From the NCBI GenBank assembly GCA_045594685.1, contig JAZNYZ010000003.1, positions 5,670 to 69,669 on the forward strand: a DNA stretch of 64,000 bases, in the 5' to 3' direction. This stretch comes from Acutalibacteraceae bacterium (GTDB taxonomy: Bacteria > Bacillota > Clostridia > Oscillospirales > Acutalibacteraceae). The stretch's first letter is position 1; each line of letters begins with the position of its first letter. The position numbers and the translations under genes are program-made. The notes beneath the pieces were generated by a model. That model ran no database searches. It saw only the letters and a list, made by a program, of their open reading frames with translations, and was not told the origin of the DNA. Positions 44,199 to 55,156 of this stretch are shown one piece after another.

Positions 44199-44672
44199 AT
44201 GACAGATGAATTATTAAAACAGAAAAAAGAATGTGAGAAAAAGCTTACAAAACAGCAAATAAAATTTTGTGCTTGTTACATTGAGTGTGATTATAACGGG
44301 ACAGCAGCGGCGGAAAAAGCCGGTTATTCTAAAAAAACAGCACGACAGCAAGCATCCAGACTGTTGACAAATGTTAACATCACCGCGTACGTGCGTATTT
44401 TACAATTAATTGCAATTGAAAGTTCTGGGTTATCTTCTGAATTTATCACTCAAAAAAGACTGGAAATTCTTAATAGGTGTTTACAATCACAACCTGTTGA
44501 AAAGTGGGATTATACAGAACAAAAGATGATTGAAACGGGTGAATATATTTTTGATGCAAAAAATGCACTTAAAGCTCTCGAAGCTCTTGAAAAGACTGTT
44601 AACGGCGGAAAAGATACTGAAGGAATCGTAATAAAAATTGAATCACCAGCAGTAGAAAAATGGAGTAAGTAA
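44199..44672 (+). CDS. terS: Terminase small subunit
   Basis: N-terminal LTKQQIKFCACYIE...GTAAAEKAGYSKKTARQQASRLL HTH typical of P27-type small terminases. Precedes terL. Confidence 0.8.
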   Translation: MTDELLKQKKECEKKLTKQQIKFCACYIECDYNGTAAAEKAGYSKKTARQQASRLLTNVNITAYVRILQLIAIESSGLSSEFITQKRLEILNRCLQSQPVEKWDYTEQKMIETGEYIFDAKNALKALEALEKTVNGGKDTEGIVIKIESPAVEKWSK

Positions 44673-46063
44673 TGGTTGAATTTATTTTTCCTGAACCAAG
44701 TCCTAAACAGAGTTTATTTTTAAGTGATGAGCATCGGTATATTGGTTATGGTGGAGCTCGTGGGGGTGGAAAATCCTGGTCAATCAGATTAAAAGCTTGT
44801 TTACTTGCACTGAATTATGACGGAATAAGAATTTGCATAGTTCGTAGAAGTTTTCCTGAATTAGAAGAAAATCATATAAAACCTTTGAAAATTTTGCTTA
44901 ATAGTAGTGATGAAAACAAAGGTAACCGTATCGCTACCTATAACGAGTCAAAAAAAGTTTTTAGATTTAAAAACGGTAGTGAGATTTTGCTGAAATACTG
45001 TGAAACTGATAAGGATGCAGAGAGGTTTCAAGGTATAGAATTTGATGTGCTTTTTATAGATGAAGCAACACATCAGACAGAAGAACGATTTGTGAAAATG
45101 AATTCAAGTGTTCGTGGTACCAATAGTTTTCCGCATCGAACATATATTACCTGTAATCCTGGCGGTGTAGGACATACTTGGGTAAAAAGAAGATTTGTAG
45201 ATAGACGTTTTCAAGAAACCGAAAATCCGGATGATTATTCTTTTATTCAAGCATTTGTCCAGGATAATAAGGCACTTATGGAACTTGACCCCGGATATGT
45301 AAAAGAACTTGAAGCATTACCACCTAAATTAAGAGCTGCCTGGTTGGAAGGTTCCTGGGACGTTTTTGAAGGACAATTTTTTGAAGAGTTTGTTGATGAC
45401 CCTAATCATTATGCAGACAGAAGATTTACTCATGTTATTGAATCCTTTGAAATTCCTCGTGATTGGCCAATATATCGTTCTTTTGACTGGGGGTTCAACA
45501 AGCCGTACTCGTGTGCATGGTGGACGGTAGATTATGACGGAAGACTTTACAGAATTTTAGAATCTTACGGATGTACAGGAACTCCTAATGAGGGCGTTAA
45601 ATGGGACCAAAACAAAGTTTTTGAAACAATTGCAACAACTGAAAAAGAGCATAGATGGTTGAAAGGTAAACAAATTTTTGGTATTGCTGACCCGTCAATT
45701 TGGATTAGCAATGGCGGAATTTCTATTGTTGAAGTTGCAAATAAGCACGGTGTTTACTTTACAAAAGGTGACAATCAACGAATTCCCGGTTGGATGCAGG
45801 TTCATTATAGACTTTCTTTTGATGAAGAGGGTTTGCCAATGATGTACATATTCAACACCTGCAAAGATTTTATTCGCACAATGCCTGAATTGCAGTTTTC
45901 AAATACAAATCCTGAAGACTTAGATACAACAGGTGAGGACCATATTGCAGACGAAACACGTTATATGTGTATGGCACGGCCAATAAAACCGCAGATAAAA
46001 GAAGAGAAAAAGCCCTTCGGTGATGACCCACTTGATTTGCAAAAGGGTTTCCGAAGGATTTAA
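44672..46063 (+). CDS. terL: Terminase large subunit
   Basis: Walker A-like GGARGGGKSW and Walker B VLFIDEAT, with a C-terminal nuclease-like region. The start overlaps the terS stop. Confidence 0.85.
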   Translation: MVEFIFPEPSPKQSLFLSDEHRYIGYGGARGGGKSWSIRLKACLLALNYDGIRICIVRRSFPELEENHIKPLKILLNSSDENKGNRIATYNESKKVFRFKNGSEILLKYCETDKDAERFQGIEFDVLFIDEATHQTEERFVKMNSSVRGTNSFPHRTYITCNPGGVGHTWVKRRFVDRRFQETENPDDYSFIQAFVQDNKALMELDPGYVKELEALPPKLRAAWLEGSWDVFEGQFFEEFVDDPNHYADRRFTHVIESFEIPRDWPIYRSFDWGFNKPYSCAWWTVDYDGRLYRILESYGCTGTPNEGVKWDQNKVFETIATTEKEHRWLKGKQIFGIADPSIWISNGGISIVEVANKHGVYFTKGDNQRIPGWMQVHYRLSFDEEGLPMMYIFNTCKDFIRTMPELQFSNTNPEDLDTTGEDHIADETRYMCMARPIKPQIKEEKKPFGDDPLDLQKGFRRI

Positions 46064-46072
46064 GGAGCAGTT

Positions 46073-47923
46073 ATGGACGAAAATGAAAAAGTTATTACTT
46101 TGGATGAAATAAGAGCCGAAGTTGATGAAAACAGAATAGCAGAAGCGGAAAGAATTCTGAAGAAATATAAAGAAGGCAAGACCAACCTTGAAAGCCGTGT
46201 TATAAAGAATGACCAATGGTATCGATTGAGGGTTGAACCCGAAAAAAACGACGATTTGAAGTCAACTTCTAAAAAAACAGCGTGGCTCTTCAATTCGATT
46301 GCTAATAAACACGCTGATATGATTGATAATTTTCCTGAAATCAATGTGCTTCCTCGTGAAAAGAGTGATGAAGCAGCGGCGGAAACATTAGGGCAGATAT
46401 TGCCGGTGGTTTTTGAGCGTTGCAATTTTGAAAAAACATACTCTGATGTAGCGTGGGAGATAGTCAAAAACGGCACAGGTATTTATGGTGTGTTCTGGAA
46501 TCCGGATTTAAACGGCATAGGTGATATTGATATTCGTGAAGTTGATATTCTTTCACTTTTCTGGGAGCCCGGCATTAAAAATATTCAGGAAAGTCAGAAC
46601 GTTTTCTATGTAAAGCTTGAGAATAATGATGTTCTTGAAAGTGTATATCCCGATAAGCTTAAAGGCAAATTAGGAGCAAACGGGCTTCAAAAATCACAGT
46701 ATGTTTCTGATGACACAATTGATAACAGTGATAAAAGCACAATTGTGGATTGGTACTATAAGTGTCACACAGAAAACGGTGATGTATTGCATTACTGCAA
46801 ATTCTGTAATGGTGTTTGCTTATATGCTTCAGAAGACGACCCAGTGTATGCAGAACGCGGTTTTTATGACCACGGTAAATATCCCTTCGTTTTTCATGTT
46901 TGTTTTCCCATAAAAGACAGTCCTTGTGGTTTCGGTTATATAGATATTATGAGCGATACCCAGGATTCAATAGATGGACTTACCAATTCGGTTGTGAAAA
47001 GCGCAGATAGAGGTACAACTCCCAGATACTTTATAAACTCTGCAGGAGCTGTTAACGAGGATGAATTTGCTGATTGGAACAATAGCTTCGTTCACGTTTC
47101 GGGAAGTAACCTGGGTGAAGACAGTATTCGTGAAATAAAAGCCCCTGCACTTGATGGGAATTATCTGACGGTTCTTGAAATGCAACAGAACGAGTTGAAA
47201 GAAATCAGCGGTAACAGAGATTTTTCACAAGGTTCAACTGTTTCTGGTGTCACAGCGGCAAGTGCTATTGCAGCTCTTCAGGAAGCAGGCGGAAAGCTTA
47301 CAAGAGATGTGGTTAAGGGTGGATATAATGCATTCCGTGAAGTGAATGAATTAGCCGTTGAGCTTATAAGACAATTCTATGAAACAAACCGAAGTTTCCG
47401 TATTGTTGGTCCCAATGAAAAGACTTCATTCGTAACCTTCAACAATAAGGATGTGAAAGTTCAGCAAGCTCAGATGATGGGAACTGAGGGAATCGGCTCT
47501 CGATTACCTGTTTTTGATATAAAGGTTGTTCCTTCGAAGAACAGTGCATATTCAAGACTTTCGCAAAATGAGCTTGCTTTGCAGTTGTATAATGCGGGAA
47601 TGTTTAACCCGGAGAATGCAGACAGAGCAACTGCAACTGTAACTATGATGAATTTCACGGGCAAGCAGCAAGTACTTGAAACTATCAAAAAGAATGGTTC
47701 TATGTATGAAGCTATTCAGGCTCTCGCTCCGTTGGCTTTGGAATATGCAAAAATGGTTGATAAGCAAGCAAATAACGGCGGACAAATGACACAGAAAATT
47801 GCAATGGTGTTGCAGAACCTGCAGGGTGCATCGCAACCTTTGAGCGCTCAAATTAAGCCTGTTGACAATTCTTTGGAAGCACAGGCAAGAAGGCGCACCA
47901 ACGAGGCGACAACACCCAAATAA
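46073..47923 (+). CDS. Portal protein
   Basis: 616 aa, directly after terL. RBS taaggag. Confidence 0.7.
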   Translation: MDENEKVITLDEIRAEVDENRIAEAERILKKYKEGKTNLESRVIKNDQWYRLRVEPEKNDDLKSTSKKTAWLFNSIANKHADMIDNFPEINVLPREKSDEAAAETLGQILPVVFERCNFEKTYSDVAWEIVKNGTGIYGVFWNPDLNGIGDIDIREVDILSLFWEPGIKNIQESQNVFYVKLENNDVLESVYPDKLKGKLGANGLQKSQYVSDDTIDNSDKSTIVDWYYKCHTENGDVLHYCKFCNGVCLYASEDDPVYAERGFYDHGKYPFVFHVCFPIKDSPCGFGYIDIMSDTQDSIDGLTNSVVKSADRGTTPRYFINSAGAVNEDEFADWNNSFVHVSGSNLGEDSIREIKAPALDGNYLTVLEMQQNELKEISGNRDFSQGSTVSGVTAASAIAALQEAGGKLTRDVVKGGYNAFREVNELAVELIRQFYETNRSFRIVGPNEKTSFVTFNNKDVKVQQAQMMGTEGIGSRLPVFDIKVVPSKNSAYSRLSQNELALQLYNAGMFNPENADRATATVTMMNFTGKQQVLETIKKNGSMYEAIQALAPLALEYAKMVDKQANNGGQMTQKIAMVLQNLQGASQPLSAQIKPVDNSLEAQARRRTNEATTPK

Positions 47924-47996
47924 TTATTATAGTTTTCTCGGGATTTGAAACCCCTTGAATAATAAAAGACGCGCGGGAAAGACCGCAGGAGGAATT

Positions 47997-48857
47997 ATGA
48001 AAAAAATACTTACAATTCGCTTACAGCTTTTTGCAGAAGGTGCAGAAGGTGAGGGTGCAGCAAGTGCAGATGTTGTAAACGAAACCCAAACGGCTGATGA
48101 AACTGAGGTCGCCGCTCAGGAACAGGCAGAAGACGGTCAGCTCGCCACTGACAACCAGGAAGACCTTGATGCTGAATTTAATGCGCTTATAAAAGGCAAA
48201 TATAAATCGCAGTATGAAAGGCATATTCAGGAGAATGTTGGCAGAAGAACAAAAGGTTCAGATAAGCTTCGTGCACAGGTTAGTGCTCAACAGCCTCTTA
48301 TGGATGCTTTAAAACAGCGTTATGGTGTTACGGATGAAACAGAACTTCTTCATGCATTTGAAGAAGATGAACTTTATATCCGCAAACAGGCAACTGAAAC
48401 CGGAGAAAGTGAAGAAAGTATTCTTTCTAAAATCCGTTCCGGTAGAAAAGATACTGAAATAGCGAAACTTAAAGCAGACCAGGTGCTTCGTCAGAAGTTT
48501 AGAGGTTGGAGTAATGAAGCAGAAGAACTTCAGAAAAGCACTTATCCCAATCTTGACCTTATGACAGAAATGGAAAATCCAGAGTTCAGGGAATACCTTG
48601 ATATGGGAAAGAGTGTAAAAAAAGCGTACGAGGCAATCCACCATGATGAAATCGTTAAAGCTGCAGTTTCTCTTGCATCAGAAAAAACTAAAAAGCAAAC
48701 AGAAGATACTATAAGAGCGGGCACCAATCGTGTTCGTGAAAATGGTTTATCTTCTCAGGCTGCATCAACAACTAAAGTTGATGTAAGTAACCTCACCAGC
48801 AAAGATATAAGGGCTATTCTCAAAGAGGTTGAGAATGGCAAAAAAATAACATTTTGA
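47997..48857 (+). CDS. Scaffolding protein
   Basis: ATG 47997 after AGGAGG. N-terminal MKKILTIRLQLFAEG, an acidic helical body, and a position between portal and capsid. Confidence 0.65.
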   Translation: MKKILTIRLQLFAEGAEGEGAASADVVNETQTADETEVAAQEQAEDGQLATDNQEDLDAEFNALIKGKYKSQYERHIQENVGRRTKGSDKLRAQVSAQQPLMDALKQRYGVTDETELLHAFEEDELYIRKQATETGESEESILSKIRSGRKDTEIAKLKADQVLRQKFRGWSNEAEELQKSTYPNLDLMTEMENPEFREYLDMGKSVKKAYEAIHHDEIVKAAVSLASEKTKKQTEDTIRAGTNRVRENGLSSQAASTTKVDVSNLTSKDIRAILKEVENGKKITF

Positions 48858-48868
48858 AGGTGAAATTT

Positions 48869-49891
48869 ATGAAAAAAAATGATGAAAGAAAATTAACTCC
48901 TAATATTCAGCTTTTTGCTGCAGGTGATGTTGTAAACAAAACAACATCGGAACAGCTTTCTGCTGAAATGAAAACATTCTATGATTTAACTCTTATTGAA
49001 CTCGCTTCTCCCCATCTTGTTCATGACCAGTTCGGTCAGAAGCGTGATATTCCCGAAAACGGCGGTAAGGTTATTGAATTCAGAAAATTCTCTGCTCTTC
49101 CCAAGGCTCTTACTCCTCTTACTGAAGGAGTTACTCCCACAGGTAACAAACTTAATGTAAGTGCTATCACTGCAACAGTTGAGCAGTACGGCGATTATAT
49201 TGAGCAGACAGATATGCTTGAGCTTACCGCGGTTGACAACACAATTGTTGAAGCTACAAAACAGCTCGCAGCACAGGCAGGTCTTACAATGGATACAATT
49301 GTAAGAAATGAAATCGTTGGTGGTACCAACGTTCTTTACTGTCCCAAAGTTGTTGATGGTGTTGAAACAACAGTTACATTGAGAAGTCAGATTGATGGTA
49401 CTTGCCTTCTTCGTGTTAAAGATGTTTTCAAAGCTGCAGCAGAGCTTAAAGCTATGAATGCCCCCAAAATTGACGGCTACTATGTTGGTATCATTCATCC
49501 TTATGTTGCATTTGACCTTATGCAGGAAGCAGGCAATCAGTGGATGGAAGTTCAGAAATATACCACACCTGAAAATATGCTTAAGGGTGAAATTGGTTGT
49601 CTCGGCGGTGTTCGTTTCGTTGAAAGCACAGAGGCAAAAATCTGGAAGGATGGCGATTCTCCCGCAGTATTTGCAACTCTTATTCTCGGTGCAGATGCTT
49701 ACGGTGTAACAAAGATTGGCGGTGGCGGTATTGAACATATCGTAAAACAGAAAGGCTATGGCAATGACCCCCTTAACCAGCGTTCTTCAATTGGCTGGAA
49801 AGGTCTTAAAACGGCAAAGAGACTTGTCGAAGAGTACATTTTAAGAATCGAAAGCGGTTCAGCTTTCAGCGGCACAGCAACCGCAAACTAA
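48869..49891 (+). CDS. Major capsid protein
   Basis: ATG 48869 after aaggtga. N-terminal NIQLFAAG motif. Size and position fit. Confidence 0.7.
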   Translation: MKKNDERKLTPNIQLFAAGDVVNKTTSEQLSAEMKTFYDLTLIELASPHLVHDQFGQKRDIPENGGKVIEFRKFSALPKALTPLTEGVTPTGNKLNVSAITATVEQYGDYIEQTDMLELTAVDNTIVEATKQLAAQAGLTMDTIVRNEIVGGTNVLYCPKVVDGVETTVTLRSQIDGTCLLRVKDVFKAAAELKAMNAPKIDGYYVGIIHPYVAFDLMQEAGNQWMEVQKYTTPENMLKGEIGCLGGVRFVESTEAKIWKDGDSPAVFATLILGADAYGVTKIGGGGIEHIVKQKGYGNDPLNQRSSIGWKGLKTAKRLVEEYILRIESGSAFSGTATAN

Positions 49892-49909
49892 GAAAGGATG
49901 TAAACACTT

Positions 49910-50188
49910 ATGGCAAACAAAACTAATCAGGCAACAACTCCTGAAACACAGGAAACAACAACTCCTGAAACACAGGGTGATAAACAGGCAGAGGACCTTG
50001 TTGATGTTTTTATTCCGAAAACCAGCAGAAGCGATAACGAGCGCTTTGTTGCGGTAAACGGTGAAAGAATTCTTATTCAGACCGGAAAAACAGTTGCGGT
50101 TCCCAGAAGATTCGCCGAAGTTATCAAAAACAGTATGGCATCAGATGCAGAAGCAGCTGCTTATATTGAGGCAAATGTTTCTGCTTAA
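49910..50188 (+). CDS. Small virion-module protein with a TTPETQ tandem repeat
   Basis: ATTPETQETTTPETQG at the N-terminus. Position after the capsid gene. Confidence 0.5.
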   Translation: MANKTNQATTPETQETTTPETQGDKQAEDLVDVFIPKTSRSDNERFVAVNGERILIQTGKTVAVPRRFAEVIKNSMASDAEAAAYIEANVSA

Positions 50189-50248
50189 TTAAGCACGGCG
50201 GCGACACTTAGCGGTGTTGCCGCTTTTTTCAAATAAGAAGGTGAAAGT

Positions 50249-50692
50249 ATGAAAATCAAAGAGGTTATAGAGAGAGCAGATAAGCTTTTAAATAATAACA
50301 ATTATTCCGAACAACAGAAAATAGACTGGCTCGCAGAACTGGATGAGCGCATCTTAAGAGAAATTTTTATAAACCACGAAGGTCTTTGTGATATTGAAGA
50401 GCTCGGGTGGATTGCTTATTTAAGAAACAAATTTCTTCCCTTGTATGAAAGCTTAGGGGCAGAAATTGCAACAACTGAGGAATTAAGTGTCACTGCAGAG
50501 GAAGAACTTTTGTTGCCGATGCAGTACCAGGATATATATGTTTACTTTTTGCTTTATAAATATGCTTTGCACGGCGGAGAGCGTGAAAGAGCAGAATATT
50601 ATGCAGCAGAATACCGCGGTTTATACGAACAGTTTACCCGTTGGGTAACAAGAACATATAAACCAATTCAAAAAGCAAAGATAACGGGGTGA
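50249..50692 (+). CDS. Virion-module protein (head-tail connector position)
   Basis: Position only. RBS aagaaggtga. Confidence 0.45.
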   Translation: MKIKEVIERADKLLNNNNYSEQQKIDWLAELDERILREIFINHEGLCDIEELGWIAYLRNKFLPLYESLGAEIATTEELSVTAEEELLLPMQYQDIYVYFLLYKYALHGGERERAEYYAAEYRGLYEQFTRWVTRTYKPIQKAKITG

Positions 50693-50697
50693 TGTAA

Positions 50698-52434
50698 TTG
50701 GCTAAAACAAGATACACGGTTGATACCTTTCAGGGCTATAACCACGGCCTGAGAATCAATGCCGGTGAATTCTATGATATGAAAAATCTCACATCATCCT
50801 ATAGCCCGGTGCTTTCCCCACGTCACAAGAGAGCTGAATTCAATGTTAAAGGTGATGTTCATTCCCTTTATAGCAAAGAAAAGCTTCTTTATGTGCAGAA
50901 CGGTGAATTATATTACGGAGGTGAGAAAATAGACGGCTTTCCTTACCTGTACCCGCAGTACAATGATGTGCGCCATATGGTGTCTATGGGTGCTTATGTT
51001 GTTATATTCCCTGATAAAGTATATTTAAATACCGCCGATTTGAGCGATTACGGGAGCATTGAGGCACATTTTGCCACCGAAGAGGGAACTAATGTGGATT
51101 ATACATTATGTATGCTCACAGGCGAAAATTACGGAAATTACAGCACGGGAGCTGTTGCACCTACCGAGGCGGAAAATGGTTCTTTGTGGCTTGATACATC
51201 TGATACGCCCCATGTGCTTAAAAAATATTCCGAAACAGATTCAATGTGGATTAGTATTGCAACCACTTATGTAAAAATCACTTCACCTAATATCGGCAAA
51301 TCTTTCAAAGAACATGACTGTGTAAAAATAAGCGGTTCTGTTATTGAGGATTTTAATACCGATATGATTATCTGGGCTTGCGGTGACGATTACATAATTG
51401 TTGCAGGTATTATTGATGAAATAAAAACTCAAAATACCGCTTTTGCAGTTGACCGCAATTGTCCTGATATGGATTTTGTGTGCCAGGGAGAAAACAGAAT
51501 ATGGGGCTGCAATTCTGAACTTAACGAGATTTACTGTTGTAAATTGGGCGATTTCAAGAATTGGCGCTGTTATATGGGACTTGCATCAGATAGTTATGCT
51601 GTGACGGTAGGTTCTGATGGCGATTTTACAGGTGCAATTCGCTACGGTTACTATACTTTGTTTTTTAAAGAAAACTGTATTCACAAGGTTTACGGAACTA
51701 ACCCGCCCTTCGAAGTAGGTACAAACTATGTCCGAGGTGTTCAGAAGGGTAGTGACAAGAGCTTGTGTGTGGTTAATGAAACATTGTTTTATAAATCACC
51801 TACAGGAATATGCGCTTATGAAGGCGGTTCTCCTATAACGATTTCCGATAATTTCGGAACCTTGTATTATGACAAGGCTGTTGGCGGAGCTTTCAGAGAT
51901 AAATATTATATTTCAATGCATAACGGCGGAAAGCGCAGTCTGTTTGTTTATGACCTTAACCGCAATATGTGGCACAAGGAAGATGATATTGAAATTCTTG
52001 AGATGGCAAACAACAGCAGTAATTTGTATATGACTGTTAAAACCGATGAAGAAAATAAGCTGGTTATAGCAGATAGTGAACAGGCTTATGGTGATTTTAC
52101 AGGCTCTCTTGCCGGTTGGAGTGTCGAAGATGCAGTTGAGTGGGAAGCTGTGACAGGGCTTATAGGTCTTGATGTTCCCGAACAAAAATATTTTAATCGG
52201 CTTGTCTGTCGTTTGGAAATAAGCTCAGGTTCAACGGTTAATGTGTTTGTTGAATATGACAGTTCGGGTGAGTGGAAACAACTTCATTCTCTTACTGCAC
52301 AGAAAACACATGGAACAGCGTTTCCCATAAGTCCTGATTGCAGATGTGACCATTTTAGATTGAAGTTAACAGGCACGGGGGATGTGAAAATTTATTCTCT
52401 CACCTTTAATTTAGAACCAGGGAGTGAAATGTAA
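50698..52434 (+). CDS. Large virion structural protein
   Basis: 578 aa. TTG start after acggggtga. Position in the structural module. Confidence 0.5.
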   Translation: MAKTRYTVDTFQGYNHGLRINAGEFYDMKNLTSSYSPVLSPRHKRAEFNVKGDVHSLYSKEKLLYVQNGELYYGGEKIDGFPYLYPQYNDVRHMVSMGAYVVIFPDKVYLNTADLSDYGSIEAHFATEEGTNVDYTLCMLTGENYGNYSTGAVAPTEAENGSLWLDTSDTPHVLKKYSETDSMWISIATTYVKITSPNIGKSFKEHDCVKISGSVIEDFNTDMIIWACGDDYIIVAGIIDEIKTQNTAFAVDRNCPDMDFVCQGENRIWGCNSELNEIYCCKLGDFKNWRCYMGLASDSYAVTVGSDGDFTGAIRYGYYTLFFKENCIHKVYGTNPPFEVGTNYVRGVQKGSDKSLCVVNETLFYKSPTGICAYEGGSPITISDNFGTLYYDKAVGGAFRDKYYISMHNGGKRSLFVYDLNRNMWHKEDDIEILEMANNSSNLYMTVKTDEENKLVIADSEQAYGDFTGSLAGWSVEDAVEWEAVTGLIGLDVPEQKYFNRLVCRLEISSGSTVNVFVEYDSSGEWKQLHSLTAQKTHGTAFPISPDCRCDHFRLKLTGTGDVKIYSLTFNLEPGSEM

Positions 52435-53387
52435 TGAGTGCGGATGTTCAAGTTCAACAGATATATAAAATGCTTTCGCAGTTGGATGAGACCTTGCGAA
52501 TGGCCCTTAACACCACAGGTGCAGATTTAAAAAATATTGCTTCGGTTGTTTCAAAGGGAAATGCAATAAGCGAAGAAAAAGAAAATTCGGGGTTAAAGGT
52601 AGCATTACAGCTTTCAAAAGAGCAAAAAGATAATTTTGATAATCTTAAAAACGAAATTATAAGGTCAGCGGATGAGGTTACTCAGGGTTACACCAAAGCA
52701 GTCCAAGAATCGGAGCAGGGAATGCGCACCGAGTTTGAAAAAAACTACATTGCAAAATCCGATATAGGCGAATATACATCAGGAATGGAAACTGCTATTG
52801 AACAGAATACTGAAGCAGTAAAGTTACAGGCGGAAAGTCTGGAGAGTATTCAAACAGAGCTTACCGAATATAAGAAAAGCAACAATGCAGAACTTTCTGT
52901 TCAGGCGGAAGAAATAGTTGCCAGAGTGCAGGAAAGCTTTGTTTCGCAAACTGAAATGGGCGATTTAGAAGAAAAGCTTACATCCCAGATTACGCAGACT
53001 GCAACAGATGTCAAAGAAACCTTTTCAACCCAGATTTCCGCAACCAATGAAAATCTTGAAGAAATTAATAAGGAATTTGCAGAGTTTGCACAAACAATTG
53101 ATGTATATATCAAGCGTGGCCTTCTTGTTGAAGGCGAATCACCCGAAGATGATATATACGGAATTGAAATAGGCAGAAGTGACAGCAACGTCAGAGCTCG
53201 TTTTACCAATGAAAAACTCTCTTTCATTCAGGGCGATGTTGAGGTTGCATATATTTCCGGAAGTAATTTGTATATTACCCGCGCTGAAATTCTTGATTAT
53301 TTAAGAATTGGTAACAGTGAACAAGGGTATTTTACATTTGATGTTAGTGAATATGGTTTAGAGGTGAGATGGAATGGCGAAATTTAA
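52434..53387 (+). CDS. Coiled-coil virion protein
   Basis: The start overlaps the upstream stop. Long heptad-like region. Confidence 0.5.
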   Translation: MSADVQVQQIYKMLSQLDETLRMALNTTGADLKNIASVVSKGNAISEEKENSGLKVALQLSKEQKDNFDNLKNEIIRSADEVTQGYTKAVQESEQGMRTEFEKNYIAKSDIGEYTSGMETAIEQNTEAVKLQAESLESIQTELTEYKKSNNAELSVQAEEIVARVQESFVSQTEMGDLEEKLTSQITQTATDVKETFSTQISATNENLEEINKEFAEFAQTIDVYIKRGLLVEGESPEDDIYGIEIGRSDSNVRARFTNEKLSFIQGDVEVAYISGSNLYITRAEILDYLRIGNSEQGYFTFDVSEYGLEVRWNGEI

Positions 53388-55143
53388 TGGTACCTGCAGC
53401 GGCTCATCAGCTGCTAAATATGATGTATGGCTTTATGTGAAACAAAATTCACAAGATATAGAGAATAACAAAAGTAACATAACGGTAAAATTGAACCTTC
53501 AGCGTAATGATGGTTATTCTGCTTCTGCTTATAATCTGAACGAAGATGAAAATAGTGCCGTGATTAAGGTTAATGGTACAACCAAAGTCAGCAACACACT
53601 CTCTATTGATACAAGAAATGGTGTTGTGGTAACTCTTGCTTCCTGGACGGGTGATGTCAGCCATACCGATGACGGAACTTTAACACTTGATTTAAACGGT
53701 AGCTTTACAATTTCCGGTACTTTACTTACAGGCGGAAAAGTAACTGCAGAATTCACTTGTACCGATATTCCGAGAGCATCCACATTAACTATTGCAGATT
53801 CAAGTGTTATACCAGGTGGTAGTTTTACCTTTGGAATTTCCGGTGTTAGTTCCTTTAAACATAAGATTACTTGCAAAATCGGAAGCAAGGTGAGTCAATC
53901 AGATTCTTTTGCAGCAGGAACGGCAGCAGGCACAATTACCATTCCTGAAAAATGGGCAGAATATGTAACCGATGAAAAGAAAACGGCTATAACGGTAGTT
54001 TTAGCAACATATAAGAGCAGTAAGCTAATCGGAAGCAGAAGATATAGCATAACATTTAAAATTCCTGATACGGCGGAATATAAGCCATCTTTTGATGTTA
54101 CACTTACTGAAAATGGTGCACCTGAAGGGTGGAGTGTTTACCTGAAAGGGATAAGTAAGCTGACAGTTAGTATCGAAAACCAGGGTTATAAAGCGGGCGC
54201 ATCTTTGAAGAATATCAGTATTAAATTTGATGGTCTTACTAAAAGAAAAAATAATTCTGTTTTTGAAATGCTTAATGCAGGGGAAAAGAATGTGGTTGTT
54301 CGTGTAACAGATTCCCGCGGTTATTATACGGAAGTTACAAAGACGATTACTGTGAACAATTATTTTCCACCCTCAATTAAGATTGAATCGGTGCATCGTT
54401 GTGACGAAAACGGAGAAAAGAAAACAGACGGTACATATTTACTTGTGGAATATACATCCCGTTTTTGCGATGTAACTGTTGATGATGTGGCATTGAATAC
54501 CGAAACTAAAAGCTACAGTATCCGTAAAAAAGGTTCAACAACTGTTGCCGAAGAGGGTGAGATTACTGAAGATTCACCGATTATTATAGGCGCAGGTAAT
54601 GTAGCAAGTCAGTCTGGCTATGAAATTGTAATGGCTGTATCGGACTTAGTAACCGGTGATGATGATACATATACTTTGGGAACTGCAGGCATTCCGTTTA
54701 ATATCAAACGAGGCGGAAAAGGGGCTTCTTTCGGTTGTTACGCCGAAAAGGATGGTGAGTTGCTTGTTGCCTGGAATTTAAGAGTTCTCGGAGATTTGTT
54801 TTATGAGAATTCAACAATAAATATATCAGAAGAATTAGTTTCTGATAAAAGAGGTATTGCACGATATATTCCGTGCCTTGAGGTAGTGTTTGTTCGATTA
54901 AGGTTTACATTGAATCAAGATTTGGAAGCTGAAAAAAATTATACCATCGGCACTTTCCCTGATAAAATTCCAAGTCTTCTTACGCCGTTGAATATAAGTA
55001 TCGGAACAAGCGTAAAGCAAAGAGGTAATGCATTAATAAAAAATGGTACCGGTGAACTTGTTATTTCGTCTGATTCCGATGTATCAAAGGGAACCTATAT
55101 TTATATAAGCGGAACTTACTTCGCATACAGAGAAACTGAATAA
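53374..55143 (+). CDS. Tail fibre / receptor-binding-like protein (DUF859-like N-terminus)
   Basis: The N-terminal pattern SGSSAAKYDVWLYVKQNSQDIENNKSNITVKLNLQR resembles DUF859. Beta-rich. Confidence 0.45.
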   Translation: MAKFNGTCSGSSAAKYDVWLYVKQNSQDIENNKSNITVKLNLQRNDGYSASAYNLNEDENSAVIKVNGTTKVSNTLSIDTRNGVVVTLASWTGDVSHTDDGTLTLDLNGSFTISGTLLTGGKVTAEFTCTDIPRASTLTIADSSVIPGGSFTFGISGVSSFKHKITCKIGSKVSQSDSFAAGTAAGTITIPEKWAEYVTDEKKTAITVVLATYKSSKLIGSRRYSITFKIPDTAEYKPSFDVTLTENGAPEGWSVYLKGISKLTVSIENQGYKAGASLKNISIKFDGLTKRKNNSVFEMLNAGEKNVVVRVTDSRGYYTEVTKTITVNNYFPPSIKIESVHRCDENGEKKTDGTYLLVEYTSRFCDVTVDDVALNTETKSYSIRKKGSTTVAEEGEITEDSPIIIGAGNVASQSGYEIVMAVSDLVTGDDDTYTLGTAGIPFNIKRGGKGASFGCYAEKDGELLVAWNLRVLGDLFYENSTINISEELVSDKRGIARYIPCLEVVFVRLRFTLNQDLEAEKNYTIGTFPDKIPSLLTPLNISIGTSVKQRGNALIKNGTGELVISSDSDVSKGTYIYISGTYFAYRETE

Positions 55144-55156
55144 GGAGAGTATAAAA

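Noticed and set aside
48986-49738. 250-aa minus-strand ORF
   Set aside because: It lies entirely antisense to the major capsid gene. The composition is Cys/Phe/Asn-rich and low-complexity, with no RBS. The plus-strand gene has clear phage context.
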